Shown here: in pieces, positions 1 through 10,089 of the stretch
Layout: every line of letters starts with the position of its first letter
How positions within the stretch are numbered: position 1 is the stretch's first letter
Origin: a virus
Taxonomy: Duplodnaviria; Caudoviricetes
Reading direction: 5' to 3' (one strand)
Virus record (IMG/VR): IMGVR_UViG_3300044512_002190
Location: 1 to 31,681 of that record
DNA: 31,681 nucleotides
Position numbers and translations under genes: made by a program
The notes under the pieces: generated by a model
The model's database searches: none
What the model saw: only the letters and a program-made list of their open reading frames with translations
What the model was told of the DNA's origin: nothing

Positions 1-1
1 A

Positions 2-562
2 TCTGACGATTATTCGGGAATGCTCATTTACGGACTGCAATTTGAGGAGGGCAGCAGCCCGAGTTCGGTGCTGCTCACTTCTGGTTCGGCTTTGACCAGA
101 GCAAGTGACTCTTGCTCAGTGGATTTGTCAGCGACGAATTATTCGGGAGGTGAGGGCAGTCTGGTGGTTGACCTAAGCATTAACGGTCGCACGAGTGGAA
201 TAGGCGCAGTCATTAGCGATGGCAGCACAGAAAATTACTACCAAGTGGGTCAGTTCGCAAGCAGCCTAACATACATCCTCTACAGTGAACTCAACAACTC
301 GGTTCAAGCGAACATAACGCAAGCGGAAACCTCGATTGGCGCTAAAAAGTTAGCCGCAAGCTGGGCAACGAATGATGTTTCAGCGTGTATTGACGGAGGC
401 GCAGTTACTACTGACACAAGCAACGCTTTTCCGTTGCTGACAGATTTGGACATTGGCAGCAATCCAACGGGGGCAGCAGTTCTCAATGGCCACGTTAAGC
501 GGCTCAGTTTATTCAATGTCACGCTTTCAGACGTGGAACTGCAATCTCTGACAACTATCTAA
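2..562 (+). CDS. Fiber/head-spike-type protein, C-terminal LamG/concanavalin-like part (5' truncated by window)
   Basis: Frame is open from position 2 (SDDYSG before the listed Met). It carries the GLQFEEGSSPSSVLLTSGSALTRASD motif typical of phage fiber proteins and ends LamG-like (LDIGS...LNGHVKRLSLFNVTLSDVELQSLT). Confidence 0.75.
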   Translation, partial: SDDYSGMLIYGLQFEEGSSPSSVLLTSGSALTRASDSCSVDLSATNYSGGEGSLVVDLSINGRTSGIGAVISDGSTENYYQVGQFASSLTYILYSELNNSVQANITQAETSIGAKKLAASWATNDVSACIDGGAVTTDTSNAFPLLTDLDIGSNPTGAAVLNGHVKRLSLFNVTLSDVELQSLTTI

Positions 563-583
563 ACCAACTGACTAACGAATCAT

Positions 584-907
584 ATGTTTACAGACTACTA
601 CCTAAAATTCGCGGACGCAGCTGAAGCTGACAGCATCCTGTTCACTGAGGTTCCAGTGGAGTGGGATCGCACAGATCCAGACAACCCAGTTCCTACGAAG
701 TGGGAAAAGCGTCAGAACTTCAGAAACACGGACATACTCCCGAAGGTTGTACTGACTCCAGCTACGTTTGATAGCGAGGGTAACGAGCTAACGCCACCTG
801 TCTACGAGGACGGTTGGTTCGTGAACGTTCGTCTGGTTGGTGAAGACGGTTCTACACTAGAGCCGTTCCGAGTTGAGCCAGTGCACCCGCAAAGAATTTG
901 GGCTTGA
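584..907 (+). CDS. Small acidic protein following the fiber gene (possible fiber assembly chaperone)
   Basis: 107-aa ORF, DYYLKF...GWFVNVRL...PQRIWA. Function is inferred from position. Confidence 0.55.
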   Translation: MFTDYYLKFADAAEADSILFTEVPVEWDRTDPDNPVPTKWEKRQNFRNTDILPKVVLTPATFDSEGNELTPPVYEDGWFVNVRLVGEDGSTLEPFRVEPVHPQRIWA

Positions 908-917
908 AAGATTAACC

Positions 918-1091
918 ATGGGCAATTGGGCAGAGCATATCAAGCTGGGTCTGGTGAGTGCTTTGGGGGTGACGGTGACGCTCACAGAAATTAATGTATT
1001 TATTCAAATCGGGATTGGGTTGGCTTCGCTTGCTTATGCAGTGATCAAGACCCTTCACGCTTACAGAGATTACAATCAAAATGATGAATAA
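918..1091 (+). CDS. Holin-like small membrane protein
   Basis: ATG at 918 gives 57 aa with hydrophobic segments LGLVSALGVTVTL and VFIQIGIGLASLAYAVI and a charged C-terminus. It lies next to a lipoprotein gene. Confidence 0.55.
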   Translation: MGNWAEHIKLGLVSALGVTVTLTEINVFIQIGIGLASLAYAVIKTLHAYRDYNQNDE

Positions 1092-1545
1092 GAAAATAAT
1101 TGTCATTGGATCATTAACGGGGCTGCTTCTTTTTACAGGATGCGCTCAACTCGAAAGCTTGAGTGATCGGGTTTATACGCCTGAACTATCCTTTGAAACC
1201 AACACCGTAAACACTGCGGTTGGACCTGCTCAAGTTATCATCACCAAAACAAATTGGGTTGTAAGCTCAAGAAGTAAAGCAGTTGCTGAATTGCCGAAGC
1301 AAATTGGGGTTCCATTTGGCTCATTAATCACTTTTGTTGCAATGAGTCTTTTGAGCATTGGGGCAATGGTGCGTGGAAAAAAATACAAGAACGCAACCCT
1401 GTCAGCATTGGATGCGGGGAACCAATTCAAGGCAGAACTTCGCAAAAACAAAATTGATGTTAATGGGATGCTGAAGGGGATGCAGAAGTCCCAAAAGAAG
1501 AACGGAACTTTTTCAATCATCAGAAAACTTTTAGATTTGATTTAA
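1081..1545 (+). CDS. Lipoprotein with an internal TM helix (candidate unimolecular spanin)
   Basis: MNKKIIVIGSLTGLLLFTG-C signal and lipobox, second hydrophobic segment PFGSLITFVAMSLLSIGAMV, basic tail. Confidence 0.6.
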   Translation: MMNKKIIVIGSLTGLLLFTGCAQLESLSDRVYTPELSFETNTVNTAVGPAQVIITKTNWVVSSRSKAVAELPKQIGVPFGSLITFVAMSLLSIGAMVRGKKYKNATLSALDAGNQFKAELRKNKIDVNGMLKGMQKSQKKNGTFSIIRKLLDLI

Positions 1546-1546
1546 T

Positions 1547-2050
1547 ATGGCTTGGGTAACACTCACAACTAATGACATGTATCAAGTCATGGCTGCTTCA
1601 GAGGTTGAGTCTGTTGCTCGCCTTCAAAAGCAGATTGGTTCAATCATTCAAACAGATCAAGCTGAGTTAATTGAAAATGATCAAGGGGTTGGCATCATGA
1701 CTGAGCCGCCTTTTGAAGATTTAATTGCCCCTGCTATTACTCGCACGACAAACATGGTCCGTGGTTACATCGACGCATCAGGTCGCTACACATTAGGACC
1801 ATCTGGCACTGTCCCTGAGAGCTTGGTTAGCACCACCCTTGACCTTTTAGTGGTGGAGGTCTGGAAACGTCTTGGTGGTGATCTCTTGGACATAGGGGAG
1901 CAACGTCGAACCAGTTACGATGAAGCAATGCAGAGGCTTCGGGATGTTGCACAAGGGAACTTCGGGATTGCTGAACCATTGATACCAGACAGTGAATCAC
2001 GAGCGCATTATGAGTTTGCTGGTGGATCAATCGATCACATAAATTACTGA
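1547..2050 (+). CDS. Mu gp36-like (DUF1320) head-to-tail adaptor
   Basis: MVRGYI...RYTL...VPESLVSTTLDLLV...RRTSYDEAMQRLRDVAQG matches the gp36 family pattern. Confidence 0.75.
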   Translation: MAWVTLTTNDMYQVMAASEVESVARLQKQIGSIIQTDQAELIENDQGVGIMTEPPFEDLIAPAITRTTNMVRGYIDASGRYTLGPSGTVPESLVSTTLDLLVVEVWKRLGGDLLDIGEQRRTSYDEAMQRLRDVAQGNFGIAEPLIPDSESRAHYEFAGGSIDHINY

Positions 2051-2505
2051 TGAATATTTTTCACCAAATTCAGCAATCTGTTTATGACAGGATCAGCAAG
2101 ATCCCAATGGTTGCAAATAGCATTGACGAATCTGGTGCGATCCCTATTCAGCTTTGGAGGGGATCGAATCTTACCAATGAGCTTGAGGCAGGACTTAAGA
2201 AAGTTGGTTTTGGTATTATTATTAAAACTGGATCAGTCACTCAGACTGGACGGGATACATGGCAGATGGGGATATTGATCGAGCTACAATTAAACGATCA
2301 ATTTAATCAAGGCCCATGGGGTAAAGGTGTTTCGGGGTTAGATGTTGCGTGGGAAATTGCAAATGATCTTCATCGCTTAGTTGTATGTGGATCAACTAGC
2401 AACTTTTATAACATGACAATTAATTCAGAAACATCAGAGCAAAGATTCATTGAACGCTTTACGGTCACAGGAACCGTGCAAATTAAAACACCACAACCAC
2501 AATAA
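2050..2505 (+). CDS. Putative tail terminator/completion protein
   Basis: 151 aa located between the adaptor and the tube candidate; positional call. Confidence 0.45.
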   Translation: MNIFHQIQQSVYDRISKIPMVANSIDESGAIPIQLWRGSNLTNELEAGLKKVGFGIIIKTGSVTQTGRDTWQMGILIELQLNDQFNQGPWGKGVSGLDVAWEIANDLHRLVVCGSTSNFYNMTINSETSEQRFIERFTVTGTVQIKTPQPQ

Positions 2506-2507
2506 AA

Positions 2508-2993
2508 ATGAGTTATTTATACGGAACACAAGCCAGAGTTTATGGCATTAACGGCAATGTAATGCTTAATGGCGCTGTTGGTAGTGATACTGAATGGCCT
2601 ACGCTGACAGGAAACAGACTTTGCATCATTACAGGATACACTTTTACACCTTCAATGGCTGGAGGCGTTGAGGGGTTTGACCAGTTTGGCAGATTAACTT
2701 CTGAAGCTTTTGCTTATGCAACTTTTGAGCTTCAAGTGAATTTTGAATTTGGTTCTACGGATCTTTCAGGTGGTGTCGCAGATTCAAAGGGTTTGCTGAT
2801 GCCTACCCTAATGTCCAAAATTGAGCTTGAGAACATGGACAATGATGATCTTAACGGAACATACAATTTTATCTCAGGATCAGTTACTGGTAGCAATCAG
2901 GGGTGGAAAACAGGAAGCATGACTTTACGTGCTATTTCTGCTGCAGCAAATCTAACAACCGCAAGTAAACTTTCACTGACTTCAGTGGGGTAA
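2508..2993 (+). CDS. Putative tail tube protein
   Basis: 161 aa, Gly/Thr/Ser-rich with beta-strand patterning, upstream of chaperone and tape measure; positional call. Confidence 0.55.
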   Translation: MSYLYGTQARVYGINGNVMLNGAVGSDTEWPTLTGNRLCIITGYTFTPSMAGGVEGFDQFGRLTSEAFAYATFELQVNFEFGSTDLSGGVADSKGLLMPTLMSKIELENMDNDDLNGTYNFISGSVTGSNQGWKTGSMTLRAISAAANLTTASKLSLTSVG

Positions 2994-2994
2994 T

Positions 2995-3582
2995 GTGATC
3001 ACTGGAAACACAACATATGCCAAGATGATGCTGCCAGCACCCGTAAGGGTCTGGCGGTATCGTTTGCAGCCCATGACAGTTGGGCATTATGCATTGTTGT
3101 GTAGGTTGGGGCATCCTGCTGTTGAGTCTGATCAGGTATTACAAGCAGGGGATCTAGCAACTGCAATTTGGGTTCTAAAAAACGATCACCAAGAATCCTA
3201 CAAGTTGCTTGGATCATCAGCCCAACAAAAGTTTGTTGTTAAGCTGGGAAAATACATCAGTAAAAAAAGTGGTCTGCATGTTACAGTCTTAAATGACTTT
3301 TATCGGTATTGGGCATGGCAGCATGTGTCGTATGACATTTGGCAAAAAGAGGATGAAGGATCAGAAAAGGAAAAGTCAATGTCATGGCTACAGACTATTC
3401 GATGGATGCTCATGTCTGAATGGGGATACTCAGCAACTGAAGTGATGGATATGCCTTACAAGCTTGCTGTCAATGATGCTCTTGGCGCAATGGTTGCCCA
3501 TGGTAAACTTGAGTTTGTTTCTGATAAACAAGTTGCAAGGCGTGAATTCTTACAATCAAAAATGAAGGAACAAAATGGCTGA
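2995..3582 (+). CDS. Putative tail assembly chaperone
   Basis: GTG start. LQPMTVGHY near the N-terminus and WGYSATEVMDMPY near the C-terminus resemble tail chaperones; sits between tube and tape measure. Confidence 0.55.
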   Translation: MITGNTTYAKMMLPAPVRVWRYRLQPMTVGHYALLCRLGHPAVESDQVLQAGDLATAIWVLKNDHQESYKLLGSSAQQKFVVKLGKYISKKSGLHVTVLNDFYRYWAWQHVSYDIWQKEDEGSEKEKSMSWLQTIRWMLMSEWGYSATEVMDMPYKLAVNDALGAMVAHGKLEFVSDKQVARREFLQSKMKEQNG

Positions 3583-4738
3583 ACAACCTGTCGATTTAAA
3601 GTTTACAGCAGATCCTTCTGAAGCAGTTGATGCAGCAAAAAAGGTTCAGGATGAAACCAACAAGGTTGGGAAAGAGGCTGAAAAAAATGAAACCATTTTT
3701 GGCAGATTAAATGGCTCTATGACTAAGCTTGCCAAGCGTGCAGGTCTTGCTGCTTTGGCGTATATTGGGTTGAATAAAGCACTGTCAGGAATCAATGCAA
3801 TACGTGATCATGTTGATGAGGCTGAAAAGCTTTCCAGAGCATTAGAGGTTTCCTACGAAAAAGCTCAAGAACTAACAATTGCAGAACGTGAGGCTGGACT
3901 GGCGGCAGGGGCAATAAGATCTGCTATTGAAGGCATAGCACAAGCTCAAGCCCAAGGCATGATTTCCGCAGACATGCAAAATCTTGGTTTTAATTTGTCA
4001 GAGATTGCGAATCTTAGACCAGATGAATTATTTGATTCTCTAAGTCTGAGATTAAAAGAAGGTGGATTGAGTGCAAGGCAGTTTCAAGCAGCAGTTAATG
4101 TTCTTGGGGAAAATGGTGCTGATGTAGCTTTAAAGCTTGCGGGGAACTTTGAACACTTCAGAGATGTTGCAAAAGATTCAGGACAAATAATCAGTGAAGA
4201 AGCTTTTGGAAAGCTTATTGATGAAGCAGATCATTTTACTGCTCAAATTGCAGTTATCGGTGAGGACATTTTAAAAGCAGTAACACCATTTGAAACCTTT
4301 GCGGAAGCAGCATCTGCTGCGTTAGGGTTTGTTAATGATAAAATTGAAAAGCTTACAGCAGGGATTCGTTATCTGGTAAACTTTACAGGTGGAATGCTGG
4401 GCGGATTAACTGCTGATGAGGCAGCAGCATTTGGAGCGACTGAAGCAGTATCTGGTGCTGAAAGAGCAAGAGAGCGTGCAAGGCAGGTTAATGAATCAAG
4501 AGCAGCAACAGAGAATCTAGCAGCAGAACGTGGAGCAGGAGCAATGGTCATGCTTGATTATCTGACAGACAGAATGAACAGGGGTGGGCAAAACATATCA
4601 ACATTGCAGCGAGTGGGACTTGCAGCAACAGGTGGGGAATCTGAAGCTATAAGATTGCAAAGGCGACAACTTTCTAAAGCAGACAGCATTGACAAACAAT
4701 TAGTAAAGCAAACCAATGTATTAACTGACAGACTATAA
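3575..4738 (+). CDS. Short tape measure protein
   Basis: 387 aa, Ala/Glu-rich and helical, with N-terminal VDLKFTAD and hydrophobic AGLAALAYIGL segments. Confidence 0.7.
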   Translation: MAEQPVDLKFTADPSEAVDAAKKVQDETNKVGKEAEKNETIFGRLNGSMTKLAKRAGLAALAYIGLNKALSGINAIRDHVDEAEKLSRALEVSYEKAQELTIAEREAGLAAGAIRSAIEGIAQAQAQGMISADMQNLGFNLSEIANLRPDELFDSLSLRLKEGGLSARQFQAAVNVLGENGADVALKLAGNFEHFRDVAKDSGQIISEEAFGKLIDEADHFTAQIAVIGEDILKAVTPFETFAEAASAALGFVNDKIEKLTAGIRYLVNFTGGMLGGLTADEAAAFGATEAVSGAERARERARQVNESRAATENLAAERGAGAMVMLDYLTDRMNRGGQNISTLQRVGLAATGGESEAIRLQRRQLSKADSIDKQLVKQTNVLTDRL

Positions 4739-5700
4739 TGCCTTACTATACAACAGATCCAAGTTCGGGAGTTTACAAGCCATTTTCAAGCGGTGGTACA
4801 CTGTCACTTGTTGACAAGTCTACTTTCAAAAGTGGCGACCCTAATAATCCAACATGGGAAATCACTGACAAATGGATGGGGCATCCAACGGTTGTCACCA
4901 ATGCAAAAAACAATCCTGCATCTTATTTCCCTGACGCAAGCTGGATTAAGGAACTTTCCACAAAAGAATCTGGTCTTTATTGGGAGGTGGAGGTCAAGTA
5001 TGGCAATATTGAATTGCTATCCACATGGACACTTGATTCAAACATGATCGAGCCTCGTATCTCAACTCACCCCAATGCGATCCTGTTGGATAAAGCAAGG
5101 CCCGGTTGGACTAACATGATTGAACATTTTGTGGACTTTCACAGAAACAATTTGAATGATCGTGTTTTTAACTTTGATCAGGTCAAAATGATTGAGGCAA
5201 CACAAGTGGATACGGCAGCCACTCCACCTCAGGAGCAAGGCAGCATGGAAAACATGAATCAAGGCAATTCTGGATTAATACGGTGGCATTTACCACTTGA
5301 GTCTGGTGCTTGGATTTATCCGATAACTGGTTTAAGTTTATTTGAGCTTAATCAGCTTGCTGCAAAATATGCTCAAGCATTCTTGCTAGGGCAGGAAGCT
5401 TTTCAAGAGCCTCAATGGGTTATTCGCAATGAAGTTACTGTTACTGCTGCATTTAATTTTAGTCTTTGGCCTGCAATGTTCCAAAACGTAAACCGCATGG
5501 TAACACCGTCACAAATGGCGTATGAACCATTGCTTTACAATGAGTCAATTCCAGCAGGCATTGTAGTCTCAGGAGTTCCGTATTGGCACAAGCAGCCAAT
5601 CCAAAAAACGCAAACAACTTTGAATCAGTTTATTATAAATCGAGAATATTATGGTCGCTACTGGTTCAACGAATTTACTTACGACCTTGCAACTTATTAA
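4738..5700 (+). CDS. Putative distal tail/hub structural protein
   Basis: 320 aa directly after the tape measure (TAATG overlap); aromatic-rich. Confidence 0.45.
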   Translation: MPYYTTDPSSGVYKPFSSGGTLSLVDKSTFKSGDPNNPTWEITDKWMGHPTVVTNAKNNPASYFPDASWIKELSTKESGLYWEVEVKYGNIELLSTWTLDSNMIEPRISTHPNAILLDKARPGWTNMIEHFVDFHRNNLNDRVFNFDQVKMIEATQVDTAATPPQEQGSMENMNQGNSGLIRWHLPLESGAWIYPITGLSLFELNQLAAKYAQAFLLGQEAFQEPQWVIRNEVTVTAAFNFSLWPAMFQNVNRMVTPSQMAYEPLLYNESIPAGIVVSGVPYWHKQPIQKTQTTLNQFIINREYYGRYWFNEFTYDLATY

Positions 5701-5709
5701 ATAAAATTT

Positions 5710-6081
5710 ATGGCAGCGCAAACATTATCCGTCACGGACCCAAAAGCAAATAACAGTGCAGGCATCAATTTAAGCACCGCTACGTATACGACAATGGTAT
5801 CTGGTGCTGGAAATGGCCTAGAATATCAGTGGGAAGGAACAAGTGCAGTTGTGTTAAAGTACACGGGTGTAGGATCAGCAAGCTTTACCTTCACAGTGCC
5901 TAGTCCAGCAGGAACAGGTTTAGCAGGCATCGGTTCTGTTCCAACTCCAAAAGTATATTCAGTAGCAACGGGTGAAATTTTATATGTTCCTAATGCAGAT
6001 GCTTTTCGAGATCCGACAAGTGGCAAAGTAACTTTTATAAGCAATAGCAGCAGTTGTTCTGCTTTAGCGATCGCTCAATAA
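5710..6081 (+). CDS. Small beta-rich virion protein
   Basis: 123 aa, Ser/Thr/Gly/Ala-rich, within the tail operon. Confidence 0.5.
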   Translation: MAAQTLSVTDPKANNSAGINLSTATYTTMVSGAGNGLEYQWEGTSAVVLKYTGVGSASFTFTVPSPAGTGLAGIGSVPTPKVYSVATGEILYVPNADAFRDPTSGKVTFISNSSSCSALAIAQ

Positions 6082-6082
6082 T

Positions 6083-6301
6083 ATGCCAGCAATAATTCAA
6101 AAACCCGAAGGGTCTGGAAAGATCAGCAGCAACATTCGAATGTTGATTGAAAGAACTGCTCGTCAAGATCAGATGATCAGTAACGGTGTAATGACTTCCA
6201 GAACAACCAGAGGAACCACAAGATCCACTCAGTTACGGAGACCGCAACCGATTAGTAAATCCGCACCAGTTGTAACTGACCTTGTTGCACGTTGGTCTTG
6301 A
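6083..6301 (+). CDS. Small basic tail-region protein
   Basis: 72 aa, SRTTRGTTRS; tightly packed in the operon. Confidence 0.5.
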   Translation: MPAIIQKPEGSGKISSNIRMLIERTARQDQMISNGVMTSRTTRGTTRSTQLRRPQPISKSAPVVTDLVARWS

Positions 6302-6321
6302 TTCTGGTATGACTCTCTGCA

Positions 6322-9300
6322 ATGGCTTTTACATACAAGAGAGTTCCCACGGTCAAAGCAGGTGAACCGATCAGCAGTGCGCAATACAATGCGTTGGCTG
6401 AAAGTATAAATGATCGCCTGAAGAACGGAGTCGCTGACCCTAGTTGGCGACTCTTTTGGTATTCTGACAGCCTATTTCAATTCATCCGCTTAGGAAGTGG
6501 ATTGCAGCAGCCAGCAAGGGACGAATGGTGGTCGCACTGGTCCCATATGAACCCGAACAACGCTCAGAATTGGCCTCAAACTGACGTTGGAACCAATGGG
6601 GGGATCAATGCTTCAAATCCCATTGCAGCGTTTGTATTCGGCAATGAGGGTCTTGATATTTACAATGAGACTGATCGAATGAATTATGATCCGATTGAGC
6701 AAACAGGAATTAAGTTACAAGCTAGTGGCGCACCAGTTTCTGATCTGGATCATTGGGAAATTGCCAAAGTTCAAAGGGGAGTTACTCCATCCTCAAGGGA
6801 CGATTTAACATACGCCAATGCCCTTGCAAGTGCTGATCAGTACTACAAAATCAATTACTCCAAAATGTTTTCGTATCTCAAGGGATACGGAGGTTTTCAG
6901 GCAGGTCCAGACGTTGTGGGGTTATGCAATGATCCTGATTATGCGGAGTATTTGGTTAAGTTTAGAAACATAAGTTCAGGAGATGATTGCGTTTACAATA
7001 CCTGTCAGGATAAAAGCGGATCAGGAACTTCAAATTGCCCAAACTATAGCAAGCCCATTCAAGGTTGGTTTGCAGGAGTATATGGGTACACGCTTTATCA
7101 TTATGATGATACAACAACCGTCTTACCTTATAACGATTACATCGAGGGACCATATACCACCAACGCATTTTTAAATCATGAGCGTGGTGGTCAACTTGAT
7201 TTTGCAGTCGATGCCTATGCTTCAGAATTTCGGGGTGCTGACAATGGAACTGTAAGTCAACGGAAAGAACCTTCTTGGAATCCTCAGAAAGACGCTTTCC
7301 GTTTTGAGAACTTCTTTACCCAGCAGTATTATCTTGCTCCTGCATACGGATCAGGTCCGTATGGATTGACTTCCGAATATCCGCAATTTGATTTTCCAGC
7401 AGGAACCGGAAGTGGCACCAATGGAGTTGTCAATGGTGGGACAAGTCACACAATCCGCACGGGGTTTTGTTTTGCTGGAATGATTGCAACCACAAATGTG
7501 GGAACAGTCATTACAAGTCCAAAGACATTTGGGATCTACGTTAATGGCAACCTCGTTTACACCTTGAAAATGGACGCTGGAACGGAACCAAGCAGAAGTT
7601 ATTACTTTCCTGCCGTATTCCCCGAAGGGTCAGTCATTCAGGTAAAGTGCAATGAATCATATGGTGCTTCGGAAGATGCCTATGTTGAAATTGCTGAGAT
7701 CATGGCAATGACTCCACGCATTCAGGATGCTTATACAGTCTTAAGAATGGCATCCAGTCGCAATCAAACCATGGATGGTTGGGGGCATGAGGAGGCGGAC
7801 GCTAAGGGCATTTGGGATAGCTATCAGCGTCATGGAATGGCAGTTAATTATTTAAGGACGGGGATCAAAGATCAGGATCAAAAAGGAATCTGGAAAAACC
7901 CAGTATACGAAGAAGTGCGGAGGATCGTGCATGATCGACTGAGGCTTGCAAAAAGAGATTTGCTACAAGGCTATGAGGTTAATTCGGAAGGTAATTCAGT
8001 TTTTTATTTTAAAAGATTTCAAACTTTTCTAGGTGGATCTGCTGATACTGACATTGATGTTTTTGAAGGCATTGCTCCAAGCCCAACAGCAATCACAAGT
8101 GGATTTGTTAAGGCTGGAGTAAAATACAAGGTCACTGGATCGGGTGCGTCCATTGATTATAACGGAGTGACTTTTTCAGAGGATGATATTTTTACAGGGA
8201 TTTATCAGCACGTAAACTGGACAGTTTTAACAGGCACCCCTGCTGTTTTTGAGCATGAGATTCTAATTGACGAAGCACCAAAGCAAGGGGAAACAAATCA
8301 ATGGCAAGTATTCCTTCAGACACTTCCTTACAAGGACAGTGACTCAAGCATCTATAAGCCAAGCGTCTTTGCAGATCGTGATGGAATGTTTGTGGATCGC
8401 TGCACATTGCTCAGTGATAGTTGGGGGCAGGTAAGTGATCAGGGGCAAGAGATTCGCAACCACGTTTACGCAAGGCAGACTAAACCAATTAATCGTCAAG
8501 AAAACCCAAGCGGATACCGTTATGTATTAGGAACAAACCAACCTTCTTACAGTTCAGGGACGGGAATGGGTGTGCCTTTGTCAGCAAGGGATAATACTTT
8601 TGATTGCCAAGACTATCCTGATCCTACTGAATGCAAAGGAACTGTTAGTCATTACAAGTCTTGTCAGATTTACGTTCCTGATTATGAGCTGAAGAGCGTC
8701 ACATATGATCCTGCAACAAGCTTGGTTGCGGTTGAACTTAAGGGGAGATTACGAAGGAATGACAATGTTACATCTCAAGCTGTGCAGAATAATGTAACAA
8801 GTTGGAATTCTTACATGCTTGTGGATGATAACGATGCTGGAACACCATCAGGACCAGCAGCAGCCAGATCGGATGAAAACGCAATTGTTGAGTATCTTTG
8901 CTACAAGAATGGTGCAGCAGATTATGGTCAATGTGTAATCCGAATTGGTGATCAGTCAGGGGACGCAAGCACAACAAGTGACTGGCAATCCAATATTTAT
9001 AATGGTGCATGTTTCCCTCGTTTTCATTTTACAAAGCAGATGCCCAAAGTCTATGCAGATGGCAACGTAAATCTTGATCAGCATGATACAAGGATGACCA
9101 TTGATAATATGCTTTGGTCAGGATTTATCGTTCGGGCGATTTGTGAAGGATACGTTGACCAAAATAGTGATGCAAACTTAAGCCAATTCACTGACCCTGA
9201 ATGTCCGAGTCTTCCTTATTGTGGGCAGGAAAGGATGTATGACTACAAGTATTCAAGCTTGATGCTGCAAGCGATGGGCAACCGTTGGTTTACTATGCAT

Positions 9301-10089
9301 CCAGAAGTTGCTGACGGTTATAATTGGGAGGGGTTCGGACCTTTTGCACAAATGGAATGTTATGCAGACCATTTCAATCAAGTTGCAAAGTCGCTTAATC
9401 TTTTGACAAGAGCAAGAGTTGATTTGCCAATCTTAGGGATCAAGCATCGTAATAAATCGTATTCAGCTTTTTATTCAAACAGTGAAATACAATCATCATC
9501 ATGTGATTACCTGTTTTCAGCAACTTTGCCTGATAACCTCAATTGGACTCTTACAAATACGACTGCTTGGAATTATGATGTGCCTACAGGTACATGCAGT
9601 TTTGCGGTAATTCTTGAGAGCAATAAAACTTCATCATTGGACACAGTTGGTGGTGTATGTGGATTAAGTGTAGTGCGAACTGACGTTGAATATGAGATTG
9701 CGTTTGGTGAAACAACAGTTGAAAACATGGCAAAGTTTTCATTGCCAGATGATCTGCAAGACATGGTAACATTAGCGAATGGCAATTATGGCAATTATGG
9801 CTACATGGGAGCAGTTGATGTCGAATTTCAAACTGGTGTAGCAACTCAAGTTGGGAGTGAGCAACCATGTTCAACGCAGGTAAGCGGGCAGTGGTATGAG
9901 TTTCAGCAATTTCAAGATATAACAGTAAATTGTGAAACTGTTCTAGGGGGGACACTTGAAGCCCCAAAACCCAAAACTAGCGCATACACAAACAATCTAG
10001 GGTCCAGTGCCTGCTCAGTAAATTCTTCAGCGCAAAGGAGGATTGTTTTTGATACAATGAGAGCAGTAATCAACGTGCCTTTAGTATGA
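6322..10089 (+). CDS. Large tail tip/baseplate-like structural protein, Cys-rich
   Basis: 1255-aa ORF; N-terminal VKAGEPISSAQYNALAESIN virion-attachment-like motif; about 23 Cys by hand count. Confidence 0.6.
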   Translation: MAFTYKRVPTVKAGEPISSAQYNALAESINDRLKNGVADPSWRLFWYSDSLFQFIRLGSGLQQPARDEWWSHWSHMNPNNAQNWPQTDVGTNGGINASNPIAAFVFGNEGLDIYNETDRMNYDPIEQTGIKLQASGAPVSDLDHWEIAKVQRGVTPSSRDDLTYANALASADQYYKINYSKMFSYLKGYGGFQAGPDVVGLCNDPDYAEYLVKFRNISSGDDCVYNTCQDKSGSGTSNCPNYSKPIQGWFAGVYGYTLYHYDDTTTVLPYNDYIEGPYTTNAFLNHERGGQLDFAVDAYASEFRGADNGTVSQRKEPSWNPQKDAFRFENFFTQQYYLAPAYGSGPYGLTSEYPQFDFPAGTGSGTNGVVNGGTSHTIRTGFCFAGMIATTNVGTVITSPKTFGIYVNGNLVYTLKMDAGTEPSRSYYFPAVFPEGSVIQVKCNESYGASEDAYVEIAEIMAMTPRIQDAYTVLRMASSRNQTMDGWGHEEADAKGIWDSYQRHGMAVNYLRTGIKDQDQKGIWKNPVYEEVRRIVHDRLRLAKRDLLQGYEVNSEGNSVFYFKRFQTFLGGSADTDIDVFEGIAPSPTAITSGFVKAGVKYKVTGSGASIDYNGVTFSEDDIFTGIYQHVNWTVLTGTPAVFEHEILIDEAPKQGETNQWQVFLQTLPYKDSDSSIYKPSVFADRDGMFVDRCTLLSDSWGQVSDQGQEIRNHVYARQTKPINRQENPSGYRYVLGTNQPSYSSGTGMGVPLSARDNTFDCQDYPDPTECKGTVSHYKSCQIYVPDYELKSVTYDPATSLVAVELKGRLRRNDNVTSQAVQNNVTSWNSYMLVDDNDAGTPSGPAAARSDENAIVEYLCYKNGAADYGQCVIRIGDQSGDASTTSDWQSNIYNGACFPRFHFTKQMPKVYADGNVNLDQHDTRMTIDNMLWSGFIVRAICEGYVDQNSDANLSQFTDPECPSLPYCGQERMYDYKYSSLMLQAMGNRWFTMHPEVADGYNWEGFGPFAQMECYADHFNQVAKSLNLLTRARVDLPILGIKHRNKSYSAFYSNSEIQSSSCDYLFSATLPDNLNWTLTNTTAWNYDVPTGTCSFAVILESNKTSSLDTVGGVCGLSVVRTDVEYEIAFGETTVENMAKFSLPDDLQDMVTLANGNYGNYGYMGAVDVEFQTGVATQVGSEQPCSTQVSGQWYEFQQFQDITVNCETVLGGTLEAPKPKTSAYTNNLGSSACSVNSSAQRRIVFDTMRAVINVPLV

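Noticed and set aside
2995-3582. Programmed -1 frameshift in the tail chaperone
   Set aside because: The A-runs near 3262 and 3344 are not in X XXY YYZ phase, and a single ORF already reaches the tape measure.
4405-4430. Other CTGATGA occurrences as hammerheads (for example ~4413, 12559, 22589, 30610)
   Set aside because: They lie within coding sequence, and I found no matching GAAA/stem architecture.
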